Part shown: positions 15,140 through 25,465 of the stretch, piece by piece
How positions within the stretch are numbered: position 1 is the first letter of the stretch
How the letters are laid out: each line of letters opens with the position of its first letter
Assembly: GCA_963720265.1 (NCBI GenBank)
Contig: CAVRET010000002.1
Coordinates: forward strand, 942,069-1,006,068
Length of the DNA stretch: 64,000 nt
DNA from: an uncultured bacterium
GTDB taxonomy: Bacteria; Patescibacteriota; Saccharimonadia; UBA4664
Direction of reading: 5' to 3'
The notes under the pieces: model-generated
What the model was told of the DNA's origin: nothing
The model's database searches: none
Seen by the model: the letters and a program-made list of their open reading frames with translations, nothing else
Translations under genes and position numbers: made by a program

Positions 15140-16893
15140 TAGGCGGGGGCGGTGCGGCGGCGGACGGTCCAGCGGTAGACATCGTAATAGCGATCGGACG
15201 GTGAGATGAGACGCTCGGCTTGGATACCGGCAACAGTCGCATCCGTAGCATAGACGTAGCCGGTTTGATACAGCACCGCGGCCGGGGCGTCTTGGTCCCA
15301 GGTTTGCAAAAAGATGTGATACTTGGCCGCGCGCAGACCCGGGTCGGCAGTAATACGGCCGGATTCGAGCGCGTGGTCGGCCGTATCGGAGGCGTACTGC
15401 GAGAGGTTGACGCCTGGGTCGGTGGCCTGCGACGAGTGCCAATAGGCGTACACATCGGGGTCGGCGCCAACATTGAGGCCGTACAATAGCATCTGGAAGT
15501 TGCGCGGGCGCATGTAGGTTTGCTGGAGTTCATCCTCCCCAACGGTGGTAATGCTCACTTTAATGCCGAGCGGCGCCCACTGGCGTTTGATTTCGCCGGC
15601 TGCTGCACTGAGCTCACTGTTTTGCAGGGTGACAAGATGAAGGGTGAGCTGTTGGCCGTTTTTGGTGCGCAGGGCACCGGGGCGACTTTGCGTCCAGCCG
15701 TCACCCGAGAGCGCGGAAGCTGCAGCCGAGGGTGACAGCGGTGTGGGCTGATAGGCATTGGTGTAGCCGAGCTGGCCGGGGAGCAGCGGCTGGGTTACCA
15801 CAGTGGCCTGGCCGGCCGTGGCACGGTTTAATATGGCCTGGCGATTGAGCGAGCGCGACAAAATGAGGCGCAGCGTGGCGTCGGACAGCACCGCATCTTT
15901 GGTATTAAAGAACAGCGTTTGCTCTTCGGGCAGGGAGAATTTGTATTGGAGCAGGTCCGGCATGGATTGCGCGGCGGCCAGCTCGCTTGGCAGCAGTTGG
16001 CCGGGAGAGGTTACCTGATGCTGGGCATATGCGGTGAGAGCATCGGCGGCCGTGGGGTAAAATTTAAAATCAAATTCGTCGAGTTTGGGCCGACCAAAGT
16101 AATAATCTGGGTTGGCGGCCAGTTCAATATCGCCGGCGCCGGGGGCAAAGGTCTTGAGCTCAAACGGGCCGGTGCCGACGGGGTCCTGATTGAAAGTAGC
16201 AGTTCGAAGTTCGCTTGGGTCGACGTCTTCGAGTAGATGGCGCGGTACGATTCCGACAGTCGTGGAATCGATGAATGAACTCAACGGTTCGGGTAGGGTG
16301 ATGACCACGGTATAGTTGTCGGGCGTAGCAAATTGCACGCCCTGCCAGGAACTCGCGAGCGGCGAGTGCGAGTCGGGGTCCTGGATGGCAGTAAGGGTAA
16401 AGGCTACGTCGGCCGAGGTGAACGGTACGCCGTCTTGCCACTTCACGCCGTGACGGAGGTGGAAGGTATAGGTCGTGCCGTCGCTCCCGACGGTCCAGGT
16501 AGCAAGATCGGGCACCACCTGGCCCCGTGAGTTGTAGCGGGTCAGGCCGGAGAAAATTAGGCTATTGATATCGCTGGCTGTGGTTGATTCCGGCAGTAAG
16601 GGATTGAGCGTGTTGACCGTGCCCACGGCGGCCTCGGTGTACGTACCGCCGGGTTCAGGCACGGATATCGTTGCCAGGCTACCCAGATATCCGAGCTGCT
16701 GTAAGAGCCCGATGAATGCTACTGCCATGACCGTCCACCAGAGGAACAAAAAGCGCCGTATCAGGCCGACCTGGTGCCATTTACCCCATAGGTGCCGGTC
16801 GACGTAATTTACGCTCCACAGGCGCAGGATGCGAACAGTGCGCCGGGTCCGACGCGCGCCGCGCCGATAGCGAAATCGCAGGTACTCCCACAT
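15136..16893 (-). CDS. ABC transporter substrate-binding protein, family 5 (oligopeptide/dipeptide OppA/DppA-like), with an N-terminal membrane anchor.
   Basis: Length 585 aa. GTYTEAAVGTVNTLNPLL...RYNSRGQVVPDLATWTVGSDGTTYTFHLRHGVKWQDG is the SBP_bac_5 pattern. Confidence 0.75.
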   Translation of the reverse strand: MWEYLRFRYRRGARRTRRTVRILRLWSVNYVDRHLWGKWHQVGLIRRFLFLWWTVMAVAFIGLLQQLGYLGSLATISVPEPGGTYTEAAVGTVNTLNPLLPESTTASDINSLIFSGLTRYNSRGQVVPDLATWTVGSDGTTYTFHLRHGVKWQDGVPFTSADVAFTLTAIQDPDSHSPLASSWQGVQFATPDNYTVVITLPEPLSSFIDSTTVGIVPRHLLEDVDPSELRTATFNQDPVGTGPFELKTFAPGAGDIELAANPDYYFGRPKLDEFDFKFYPTAADALTAYAQHQVTSPGQLLPSELAAAQSMPDLLQYKFSLPEEQTLFFNTKDAVLSDATLRLILSRSLNRQAILNRATAGQATVVTQPLLPGQLGYTNAYQPTPLSPSAAASALSGDGWTQSRPGALRTKNGQQLTLHLVTLQNSELSAAAGEIKRQWAPLGIKVSITTVGEDELQQTYMRPRNFQMLLYGLNVGADPDVYAYWHSSQATDPGVNLSQYASDTADHALESGRITADPGLRAAKYHIFLQTWDQDAPAAVLYQTGYVYATDATVAGIQAERLISPSDRYYDVYRWTVRRRTAPAY

Positions 16894-17114
16894 TACTTCT
16901 TGGACAGAATACTCAGAACCACGGACAGCACAAAAATAACAGCTAAAACGACGGTGGCGTTAAAGATAACGGCTTCGCCGCCGCGGCGTGATCGGTAATA
17001 ACTGGTATCGCCACCGAAGGCCGCTCCGAGCGACTGCCCGCGTGATTGGATGAGGATGCAAATGATCATGAGCGCGGCAGAGATGACCGTGACGGCATCA
17101 AACAGGTTTTTCAT
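16893..17114 (-). CDS. secG: Preprotein translocase subunit SecG.
   Basis: 73 aa with two TM segments and the Gly-rich loop QSRGQSLGAAFGGDTSYY. Confidence 0.7.
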   Translation of the reverse strand: MKNLFDAVTVISAALMIICILIQSRGQSLGAAFGGDTSYYRSRRGGEAVIFNATVVLAVIFVLSVVLSILSKK

Positions 17115-17466
17115 GCTTGGGCTCCAGGAGTTCAGTTAAGAGGTAGTTGACGATCCAGATAATAACAGTCGCGACCACTGCCGTCCAGAAGGAGCGCAAG
17201 TGGAAGCTGGGATAGATCTTGGTGACGAGGTACAGCATGAATGCATTGATGATGAGTGTGAACAGGCCGAGCGTGAGCACAATGGCCGGCAGCGAAAGGA
17301 TAATCACGAGCGGACGGATAATGGCGTTAACGACCGAGAAAATGAGCGCGGCCACTAAGAGCACCCAGATTTTATTATTGTACTGGATGCTGCCGGTCAT
17401 AAGCTCGGCCGCGGCCCACAGACCGAGGAAATTGACCAGCCACCGGAGCAAAAATTTGCGCAGCAT
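17098..17466 (-). CDS. Phage holin family 4 / DUF360-like small membrane protein.
   Basis: VNAIIRPLVIILSLPAIVLTLGLFTLIINAFMLYL is the pattern of that family. Start is taken at MLRKF (17466). Confidence 0.55.
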   Translation of the reverse strand: MLRKFLLRWLVNFLGLWAAAELMTGSIQYNNKIWVLLVAALIFSVVNAIIRPLVIILSLPAIVLTLGLFTLIINAFMLYLVTKIYPSFHLRSFWTAVVATVIIWIVNYLLTELLEPKHEKPV

Positions 17467-17591
17467 GACCTCAGTATGGTAGCACAAAATGCATCTTTCG
17501 TCCTGTTGTTGTGAGGTCCCTAAAAATAGCTGGGGACGGTAAACGTGAGCGGGCGGGCTGGGGCACATTCTGCTCCAGCCCGCCCGCATGT

Positions 17592-18050
17592 CTAGGCCGT
17601 GGCCTGCTGAGGTTCGTTGTTGATCTTCCGGACCGAGGCAAGCCAGCCCATTCGCTTGCGCCAACCCCGGAGCCACGAGAGTTGGGCACGAAGTTCATCC
17701 CAGGCTCCACGGCCCAAGTGCACATAGCCGACGTACCCGACTTCAAGGCGTACACCCGGCGGGATGTCGATGACGCACGATGGCTCCGGTATTACTTCCA
17801 GGGGTTGGGTGTGCTGGCACCAGTACTCCGCTGGGTCGATACCGAGATCGTTGACCCTCGCCACGACTGCGCACCGATCCTTACGATCTGTCCTGAATGA
17901 GGCAGCTGGAGAGGAGCCATAGATGGTAAGCCTTGCGTCCCCGCCCGCTTTGCTCCGATTGACCGTGAGATCGGCCTTAGCCGTGTGCAGCACGATGGTG
18001 CCGCCGGTCTGGAGGCTCCAGGTGACGGTGTGCACAAATCGTTCTTCCAC
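17592..18050 (-). CDS. Hypothetical protein (152 aa), GC-rich.
   Basis: Strand choice follows the minus-strand neighbours. The overlapping plus ORF 17511–17900 is an alternative. Confidence 0.3.
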   Translation of the reverse strand: MEERFVHTVTWSLQTGGTIVLHTAKADLTVNRSKAGGDARLTIYGSSPAASFRTDRKDRCAVVARVNDLGIDPAEYWCQHTQPLEVIPEPSCVIDIPPGVRLEVGYVGYVHLGRGAWDELRAQLSWLRGWRKRMGWLASVRKINNEPQQATA

Positions 18051-18159
18051 GTCTGCCTACTTTCTGAAGGGCGATGTTGCTTATGGATTGGCGATACCAG
18101 TTTTATTATTATACAACAATATACTTGTATAACGCAAGGACGACTTTTGGTAGTGACCT

Positions 18160-18288
18160 TTAGCGCTTTTTGCGCAGGAGCTTTTGGAGCGCGAAGACGC
18201 TCGTGCCCGTGACTTTCATGCCGGGCTTGCGTTTGCGGTCGCGGCTTTTGGCGCGGCGCAACGCCCGGTCGACATGGCGGGTGCTCAT
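18160..18288 (-). CDS. Small, highly basic protein (42 aa: MSTRHVDRALRRAKSRDRKRKPGMKVTGTSVFALQKLLRKKR). Its start overlaps the uvrC stop.
   Basis: Manual translation of the minus strand gives this ORF. An ATGA-type overlap with the end of uvrC suggests translational coupling. Confidence 0.4.
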   Translation of the reverse strand: MSTRHVDRALRRAKSRDRKRKPGMKVTGTSVFALQKLLRKKR

Positions 18289-19733
18289 AGTACTTCTCCT
18301 TTGGTTTCAGTTTGGCCAAGATGCTCGGCCACAATTTTTGCTTTTGCCGGGCCAACAACGGCGCTCAGCTCGTCGAGACTAGCGAGGCGGACGCCGCGCA
18401 CCGAACCGAAGCGGCGGATGAGGGTTTTGCGCGTACTCGGGCCGACACCGGGGATAGCGTCGAGCAGACTGGTGGTAGCGCGCTTGCCGCGCAGAAGCGT
18501 TTGGTAGGTAATGGCGCTGCGGTGGGCTTCGTCGCGAACACGCTGGAGGAGTTGGAGAATGTGGCTGGAGCTGGGAAGCAGGATTGATTCGTAGGTACCG
18601 TCTGGCCGCGGGCGAATGATTTCTTCCAGGCGCTTGGCTAGACCAATTGCCGGTAGCGTGAAACCGAGCTCAGCCAGCACTCCGAGGGCGGCCGCCAGCT
18701 GTGGTTGGCCGCCGTCTACTACGAGCAGGTCGGGTGCCGGCCATTCCTCGAGGTTTTTGGGGCTGAAGCGGCGCGAAATGACCTCCTTCATGTGGCCGAC
18801 GTCGTTGTTGCCGGCGAGACGAAGCTTGAAGCGCCGATAGTTTTCGCGGTCGGGCATGCCGTCTGCGAACACCACGAGGCTGGCCACGTTGTCGGTGCCA
18901 CCGAGGTGGGAGACGTCGTAGGCTTCAATACGCCGCGGCGGACCGGGCAGCTCGAGACGTTCGGCCAGGCCGGTGAGGCCTTGATCTCGATTGAGGTCAA
19001 ACATTTCCTGCTCGCCAAACACCATGTGACGGCTAAACGAGCGTAGATCGTTTAATTGGTCGCGAAAATGGGCAGCGGCTTCGTATTGCTTTTTGGCAGC
19101 GGCTTTTTGCATATCCTTTTCGAGCTGGGCGAGCAGTTTGGTTGACTCCCCTTTTAAGTACAATTCCAGGCGGCGAATGGTCTTGCGATATTCGCTTGCG
19201 GTAATGGCGCCCTCTTCCGGGCCGGGGCAGAGGCCAAGATGATACTGCAAGCAGCCACGGGCCGGCCAGTGCTCGTGCGTAACGTACGGAAAGACTTTGC
19301 GCAACATGCGCATGGCGCGCCGCAGGGCGTCGGTAGAGGTGAACGGACCGTAATAGTGGGCCTTGTCGTCGAGCGGGTGGCGGACATAGCTGATGACCGG
19401 AAATTCGTCGGCCGAGATTTTTACATACAGCCAGCGGTGCTTGTCGTCTTTGAGGTCGATGTTGTACTTGGGCTTGTAGCGCTTGATGAACTCGGATTCA
19501 AGAAAGAGCGCCTCAACCTCGGAGCGGGCAACAATCCAGTCGGTGTCGGCAATGTCGGCCACGAGTGCGAGCGTTTTGGGATCGCGGTGCTTGTTTTGGA
19601 AATAGCTCATGACCCGGTTTTTGAGTACGGAGGCTTTGCCAATATAGATGATTTTCTTGTTGGCATCGCGGTGGAAGTACACGCCGGGTTCGGCTGGGAG
19701 GGTCTTTAATTTGGCTTTGAGGGCTTCGGTCAT
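18285..19733 (-). CDS. uvrC: Excinuclease ABC subunit C (UvrC), a short 482-aa form.
   Basis: It has an N-terminal GIY-YIG domain (GVYFHRDANKKIIYIGKASVLKNRV), a UvrBC domain, and a C-terminal HhH (LLDAIPGVGPSTRKTLIRRFGSVRGV). Confidence 0.85.
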   Translation of the reverse strand: MTEALKAKLKTLPAEPGVYFHRDANKKIIYIGKASVLKNRVMSYFQNKHRDPKTLALVADIADTDWIVARSEVEALFLESEFIKRYKPKYNIDLKDDKHRWLYVKISADEFPVISYVRHPLDDKAHYYGPFTSTDALRRAMRMLRKVFPYVTHEHWPARGCLQYHLGLCPGPEEGAITASEYRKTIRRLELYLKGESTKLLAQLEKDMQKAAAKKQYEAAAHFRDQLNDLRSFSRHMVFGEQEMFDLNRDQGLTGLAERLELPGPPRRIEAYDVSHLGGTDNVASLVVFADGMPDRENYRRFKLRLAGNNDVGHMKEVISRRFSPKNLEEWPAPDLLVVDGGQPQLAAALGVLAELGFTLPAIGLAKRLEEIIRPRPDGTYESILLPSSSHILQLLQRVRDEAHRSAITYQTLLRGKRATTSLLDAIPGVGPSTRKTLIRRFGSVRGVRLASLDELSAVVGPAKAKIVAEHLGQTETKGEVL

Positions 19734-20273
19734 ATGGGATATTATATGCTATATCTATTTGCTTTATTTATAGCATCATGTCATTCTAAAAATTCAGCAT
19801 CCGAGGTTGGCGGTCATGACCGCCAGGAGGGAGTTTGGATGACCGATTATCCTTACCCGCAAATCATTAGTATCGCGATTACGGATGATCACGATCGGGC
19901 CGATGGTCTACTCGATGAGAAGCTGCGCGCAGTCGGTGCCATGCTCGTTGACCATGGTAATGCTGTTCGTGTCGACATCTCGCCCGACCGTGCACGGAGT
20001 AGCTTCGGTACGCAGACTTCGGTTCGCGGCTGGCTCATTTTCCACACGACACGGCCGCTCCCACACCTGCCGATGCTTTGCTCCGATCTCATTCGGGCAG
20101 GGGTAGACCTGCCTCCGCTGAGTGAAGCGGCTGCCGGCTCATCCAGATAGCCGGCTTAGCGCCGGCTCTTACTTCGATGTACTCTCCTCCGCCCAGGCGT
20201 CGTTTGGGCGGGGGAGACCCTAATAGTTGAAACAATCGCATATCCTGCAGTGGCAGGATTTTTGCTGTCCGGA

Positions 20274-20813
20274 CTATTCAACCGGATCAGTGCCGCGGGT
20301 GCCTTGTGGACTAGGAGCAGACGAATAGCCGGGCTGCAATGTGTCAGGGCCGGTGGCCGCCTGATAGGTGTCGATGTTGGCAGTAGCAAACGGCTGCCCG
20401 GCCGAAGCCTGGCTGACGGCCGAGGCCGGTGTTACGGTCAGATTAGGGGCGTCCGGTTTAACCGTGCCGGCAATATCAGGGCTAGTAACGGTCCCGACAC
20501 TTAGTTTGGTTGAGGCCACTGGTTCAGGGGCTGGGCCTAGGGCGATGGAGTGACCTCTGAGCAACAAGCCGAGGCCGGCACCGGCTGCGATAAGCGCGAA
20601 CAGCCAGATTACGATTAGTAAGGTACGTAGCGTGCGGTCGCTGAGGTGGGGAAAGCCGGCGAGTCCAGCCGGCAGAAGGGTGGCCGGTGCCAATGGCAGC
20701 GCCGGTGTTAACACTTCCTGAAATGTAACCGGCTGATTCTTACGGGTTTTGGGTGCTTTGCGGGCGGCCTTGGTGGTCTTACGCTTCGAAGTGGTTTTTT
20801 CGTTTGCGGGCAT
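20274..20813 (-). CDS. Hypothetical membrane-anchored protein with a basic N-terminus, one TM helix and a Pro/Ala/Thr-rich extracellular tail.
   Basis: ORF composition only: MPANEKTTSKRKTTKAARK, then the TM helix LLIVIWLFALIAAGAGLGLLL. Confidence 0.45.
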   Translation of the reverse strand: MPANEKTTSKRKTTKAARKAPKTRKNQPVTFQEVLTPALPLAPATLLPAGLAGFPHLSDRTLRTLLIVIWLFALIAAGAGLGLLLRGHSIALGPAPEPVASTKLSVGTVTSPDIAGTVKPDAPNLTVTPASAVSQASAGQPFATANIDTYQAATGPDTLQPGYSSAPSPQGTRGTDPVE

Positions 20814-20922
20814 GGGTGGCTCCTTTACCGAGCACCCTCCCGTTTGGTTTGATTATTATATCTTATAATTAGTTTTTGATCAAAGCAGGATAACGACCCG
20901 GCCACTGAACGTAGTCGGGTCG

Positions 20923-21420
20923 TTAACGCCTAGCAGAACGGCGCGCACGGCGCCGCTGGGGAACGGGTGCTACGGGGTAGCGCCTGATGCCCATGAGCGA
21001 GTAGAAAGCGTCCAGGGTTACTTCAAGCTCACCAGGACGACGGGAAAAAGCTGCGACCTTGGGGTATTGGCTCGTGACCCACTCCACGAGTGCTGTCATG
21101 ACATCGAACTTGAAAAGATCGGCGCCTATGACGCTGTGGGCTGGGCTGTCGAGCACCGTTGCTTCGAACAATCGCTCGGCCTCTTGCCGACAACGAGCAA
21201 TCACCTCCATGTCGGGGTGGTTGATGGTCGCGTCTTTATTAGGCGCCATGGCCGCTGCTTTCGCGGCTGCTATGGTTCCCAGTGCGTGCTCGATCAGGAT
21301 GCCGGTTAGTGCCAGTATCAGTCTCGGGGGTATCGGCCAACCGGTATTTACCCCTCTGGTTGGAGCCGGGATCCGCCGGCGTGTTGCCGGTGCAGTTGCG
21401 GTGTCAGACACGTATCTCAC
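20923..21420 (-). CDS. Hypothetical protein (165 aa).
   Basis: ORF only. Confidence 0.35.
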   Translation of the reverse strand: MRYVSDTATAPATRRRIPAPTRGVNTGWPIPPRLILALTGILIEHALGTIAAAKAAAMAPNKDATINHPDMEVIARCRQEAERLFEATVLDSPAHSVIGADLFKFDVMTALVEWVTSQYPKVAAFSRRPGELEVTLDAFYSLMGIRRYPVAPVPQRRRARRSARR

Positions 21421-21461
21421 CTCATTTCAATGTATGCTCGCGTAGACGTCGGATTATTATA

Positions 21462-24370
21462 TCACAGAACGCGGGCGCTAGTAGCCGGAGTTTTGACAGG
21501 TTGGGCAACGGCCTTGTTCGATGCGGCAAAAATGCGGGCCAGGTAGTGGCCGGTGTGGCTCGCTTCAACTTTTGCGACGGCTTCAGGCGTACCTTGGGCA
21601 ATAATTTGGCCGCCGCCGGTGCCGCCTTCGGGACCGAGGTCGATCAGCCAGTCCGAGGATTTGATGACATCCAGGTTGTGTTCGATGATGAGCACTGAGT
21701 TGCCAGTATTGACGAGGGCGTTTAAGACACCGAGCAGGCGTTGAACGTCGTCGAAGTGGAGGCCGGTGGTGGGCTCGTCGAGAATATAGAGCGTGCGGCC
21801 GGTGGAGCGGCGGGCGAGCTCAGTGGCGAGCTTGATGCGCTGGGCTTCACCGCCGGAAAAGGTGGTGGCAGACTGGCCGAGCCGGATGTAGCCTAAGCCG
21901 ACGTTATTTAAGGTTTCGAGCTTGCGGCGGATGGCCGGGATGTTTTCGAAAAAGGTAACGGCTTCTTCCACGGTCATGCCGAGGACGTCGGAAATGGATT
22001 TGCCTTTGTAGTGGATTTCGAGCGCTTCGCGGTTGTAACGTCGGCCTTTGCATTCTTCGCAGGTTACGTAGACGTCGGGCAAGAAGTGCATTTCGATCTT
22101 AATGATGCCGTCGCCGCGGCACAGCTCGCAGCGGCCGCCCTTAACGTTAAAACTGAAGCGGCCGGATTTGTAGCCGCGAATTTTGGCTTCGGGCGTGGCC
22201 GCAAACAACTCGCGGATGTCGGCGAATACCCCAGTATATGTCGCCGGGTTGGAACGCGGCGTGCGGCCGATCGCTGATTGGTCAACCGAAATAACTTTGT
22301 CGAGGTTGGACATGCCTTCGATATTGTCGTGTTTGCCGGGGAGGTCTCCCGCGCGGTGATAAGCCTGGGCGAGCTTTTTGGCCAAAATGTCGTTGATGAG
22401 GCTTGATTTGCCCGAGCCGGAGACGCCGGTCACGCTTACGAGCAGGCCGAGCGGAATCGTAACGTCGATGCCCTTTAAGTTGTGCTCGCGAGCATTTTTG
22501 ATGACAAGCGTTTTTTTGTTTCCGGGCCGGCGTTTGGTGGGCAGGGCGATGGCTTTGGCGCCGGAGAGGTACTGGCCGGTGAGGCTCTCAGGTGTAGCAG
22601 CAACTTCATCCGGTGTGCCGGCGGCTACTACGTGGCCGCCGTGCTCGCCGGCGGCCGGCCCGATATCGATCACGTAATCGCTAGCCCGAATTGTGTCTTC
22701 GTCATGCTCCACCACAATCACCGTATTGCCGAGGTCGCGCAGGCGGACGAGCGTGGCAATGAGGCGGTCGTTGTCGCGCTGGTGCAGGCCGATACTCGGC
22801 TCGTCTAAGATGTAGAGCACACCCATGAGGCTCGAGCCAATTTGAGTGGCCAGGCGAATGCGCTGAGCCTCGCCGCCGGCGAGCGTGTTGGCCGAGCGGT
22901 CGAGCGTGAGGTACTCGAGGCCGACGTCCTTTAAAAATGTTAGACGGGCGCGGATTTCTTTGAGGATTTGCGTTGCGATTTGCGCATCGCGCGGGCCTAA
23001 GTTGAGCTCGCTAAACCATTTGGTAGCCTCGCCGATACCGAGTCTTGTAACATCGACGATGGACTTATTCTCAATAGTGACAGCCAGGATTTCCGGCTTG
23101 AGGCGCTGGCCATGGCAGACCGGGCATTCGTGCTCGGCCATGTACTTCTCAATGTCTTTGCGCACAAATTCGGAATCGGTTTCGTGATAGCGGCGTTCAA
23201 GGTTAGGGATGACACCCTCGTAGGTGGTGTGGTAGGTGCGGCCGCCGGGTCCGCGCAGGGCAACTTGAGTGTCGCCGGCACCATAGAGCACAATGCGCAG
23301 ATCGGCCGGCTTCATTTCGGTCACCGGCGTATCGAGCGAAAAACCATGCGCATCGGCCACACCCTGGAGCAGGCGCGTGTACCAAGTGAGGCGGCTGGTA
23401 GTTTTGGTCCAGGGGCGAATGGCGCCCTCGGCCAGTGTTAAGCGGCGGTTGGGAATCACGGCTTCGGGGTCAACTTCGAGCCGCGTGCCAAGGCCGGTAC
23501 AATGCGGGCAGGCGCCGTGCGGCGAGTTAAAGCTGAAATTGCGCGGCGCGATGTCGGGCAGCGAAATTTCACGGTGAACCGGGCAGGCGTAATGCTCGGA
23601 ATAAACCTGCTCTTTATTCGTGTCGGCTTGGAGTACCTTAATGATGCCGTCGGAAAGATTCAGGCCCTGCTCAACTGATTCGGTTAGGCGCTGGCGGATC
23701 TCGCGATCCACGGCCACGCGGTCGACCACAGCCTCGATGGTGTGCTTTTTTTGCTTATCCAAAGTCGGAAATTCGGAGATCTCATAAATCGTGCCGTCGG
23801 CTCGCACGCGAGTATAGCCGGCCTTTTTGAGCTCGCCGACGAGCGAGCGGTACTCGCCTTTTTTGTCGTCAACCACGGGTGCTAGCAGCATGATGCGGGT
23901 ACCGGCTTCGAGTTCTAAGATTTGGTCAACGATTTGGCCGGGTGTTTGGCGCGTGACTTCGCGGCCACACAGCGGGCAGTGCGGCACGCCGATGCGCGCA
24001 TACAGCAGGCGCAGATAATCGTACACCTCGGTGACCGTGCCGACGGTGGAGCGGGGATTGCGGCTGGAGCTTTTTGGTCGATAGAGATGGCGGGTGAGAG
24101 CCCGTCGATTTGATCTACGTCGGGCTTTTCCATGAGACCCAAAAACTGGCGTGCATAAGCTGACAGCGACTCAACATAGCGGCGCTGCCCTTCAGCATAA
24201 ATAGTATCGAACGCGAGCGACGATTTGCCGGATCCCGACAAGCCGGTAATTACCACCAATTGGTCGCGCGGAATTTCAACGTCAATGTTTTTGAGATTAT
24301 GCTCTCGGGCGCCGCGCACGACAATTTTATCTGTCATAGACCTCCACCTCTGGCCATTTGGGCCTGGCAT
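21462..24370 (-). CDS. uvrA: Excinuclease ABC subunit A (UvrA), interrupted by a -1 frameshift in a T5/A5 run at 24071–24075. It is either a pseudogene or an assembly error.
   Basis: The 151-aa ORF 23915–24370 carries the UvrA N-terminus ([40 protein letters not shown]) and then goes out of frame. The 854-aa ORF carries the rest: both ABC ATPase modules, the Zn fingers, and the second Walker A motif. Shifting by one base at caaaaag restores [23 protein letters not shown]. Confidence 0.85.
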
Positions 24371-24419
24371 TACGGAGAGTTATTGTACCGAATTTTGGCG
24401 CGATTTGCAACTGGCGGAC

Positions 24420-25346
24420 ATGGCAAACCTGATGGCTTTGTGCTATAGAGATACAACCACCTCCGCGTGGGGCTTGGAGTACGCGAACAACCTAATAACG
24501 AGGGGGAGCGCCATGCCTGTATCTGTGCCGGGGGCGCATGGCGACTCTTTGTCGCTGCGTTTCCAACCGATTGTCGAGCCCGGCGGTCCGCCGTGGACCG
24601 TTCGGCTCGTAGAGGCCTTGCGTCTCGACCCGCGGGTTCTGGGGCAATTCACGGCTGCGCAGCGGCGTGAACTTGACGTTTTGGCTATCGGCGCTGCCGC
24701 CGTCGTGGTAAAAGATTGGCATTGTTGGCTGAGTGCCAATACGTCGTGGCAGGATCTGCGGTTCGACGACTACGCCATCAACCTCCTGGCGATTCTGGCT
24801 GCGGCCGATTTTCCGCCTCGGCGTTTCGTTATGGAGCTCCTAGAGTCCAGCCCGCCGCTGATTGACTACCCCGGCGTGCAGCCTAACATCGTACGGCTGG
24901 CCGCAGCGGGTATCCGGATTATTTTCGATGACGCCGGTACCGAGTACGCCAAATATCCCGGGCTCATAGTCAGAACTCTTAGGAACCAACCCCGAGTGAA
25001 TACCGAAGCCGGTGCCACTGACCAGCCCAGTTTTTATGGGCTTAAGCTAGCCCGCGAGCTGATAGCGAATATAGAGTCGGAAAGCGGTTTCGCGCTGGCC
25101 GCCTATTACCTGCAAGCCGCACGCGACTATTACGTCCGCAGCCGTACCAGGCTTACGACAACGCTCTTTATCGCCGAGGGCGTGGAGACCGAGCAGCAAC
25201 TGGCCCGCGTCCGGGAGTTGGCACGCTATTGCAAGGTGCGGATTCTAGTACAAGGGTATTTGGTGTCTCACAAAGCCAAACCGCGCGAGCTACTGGAAAA
25301 CCCGGACCTTAGACTGGCGATTCGCCGTGGCACAGGTGAGCCTTAA
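24420..25346 (+). CDS. EAL-domain protein (c-di-GMP phosphodiesterase-like), stand-alone.
   Basis: Motifs [16 protein letters not shown] (the EAL motif), [16 protein letters not shown] and [37 protein letters not shown]. Confidence 0.6.
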   Translation: MANLMALCYRDTTTSAWGLEYANNLITRGSAMPVSVPGAHGDSLSLRFQPIVEPGGPPWTVRLVEALRLDPRVLGQFTAAQRRELDVLAIGAAAVVVKDWHCWLSANTSWQDLRFDDYAINLLAILAAADFPPRRFVMELLESSPPLIDYPGVQPNIVRLAAAGIRIIFDDAGTEYAKYPGLIVRTLRNQPRVNTEAGATDQPSFYGLKLARELIANIESESGFALAAYYLQAARDYYVRSRTRLTTTLFIAEGVETEQQLARVRELARYCKVRILVQGYLVSHKAKPRELLENPDLRLAIRRGTGEP

Positions 25347-25400
25347 CGCTTGGCCGCCCCTGGATTTGAGTACCAGGGGCGGCCTCGGCTTTTCAGTGTC
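25347..25400 (+). terminator. Rho-independent terminator hairpin after the EAL gene.
   Basis: ggccgcccctgg...ccaggggcggcc is followed by tcggctttt. Confidence 0.5.
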
Positions 25401-25465
25401 TAGTTTATTTTTTAATTATTTTATGCTATAATTATATTATCCATACCGACTTCAGGAGGTGAGAT

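Noticed and set aside
17792-18358. A 188-aa minus ORF and a 107-aa plus ORF overlapping the uvrC 3' end.
   Set aside because: They overlap a well-supported uvrC and give Arg/Pro/Ala-rich low-complexity translations. The small 42-aa basic ORF at 18160–18288 is the only part retained.
21553-24113. Multiple 60–110 aa ORFs on the plus strand antisense to uvrA.
   Set aside because: They are embedded in a strongly supported uvrA coding region and are GC-driven antisense artefacts.
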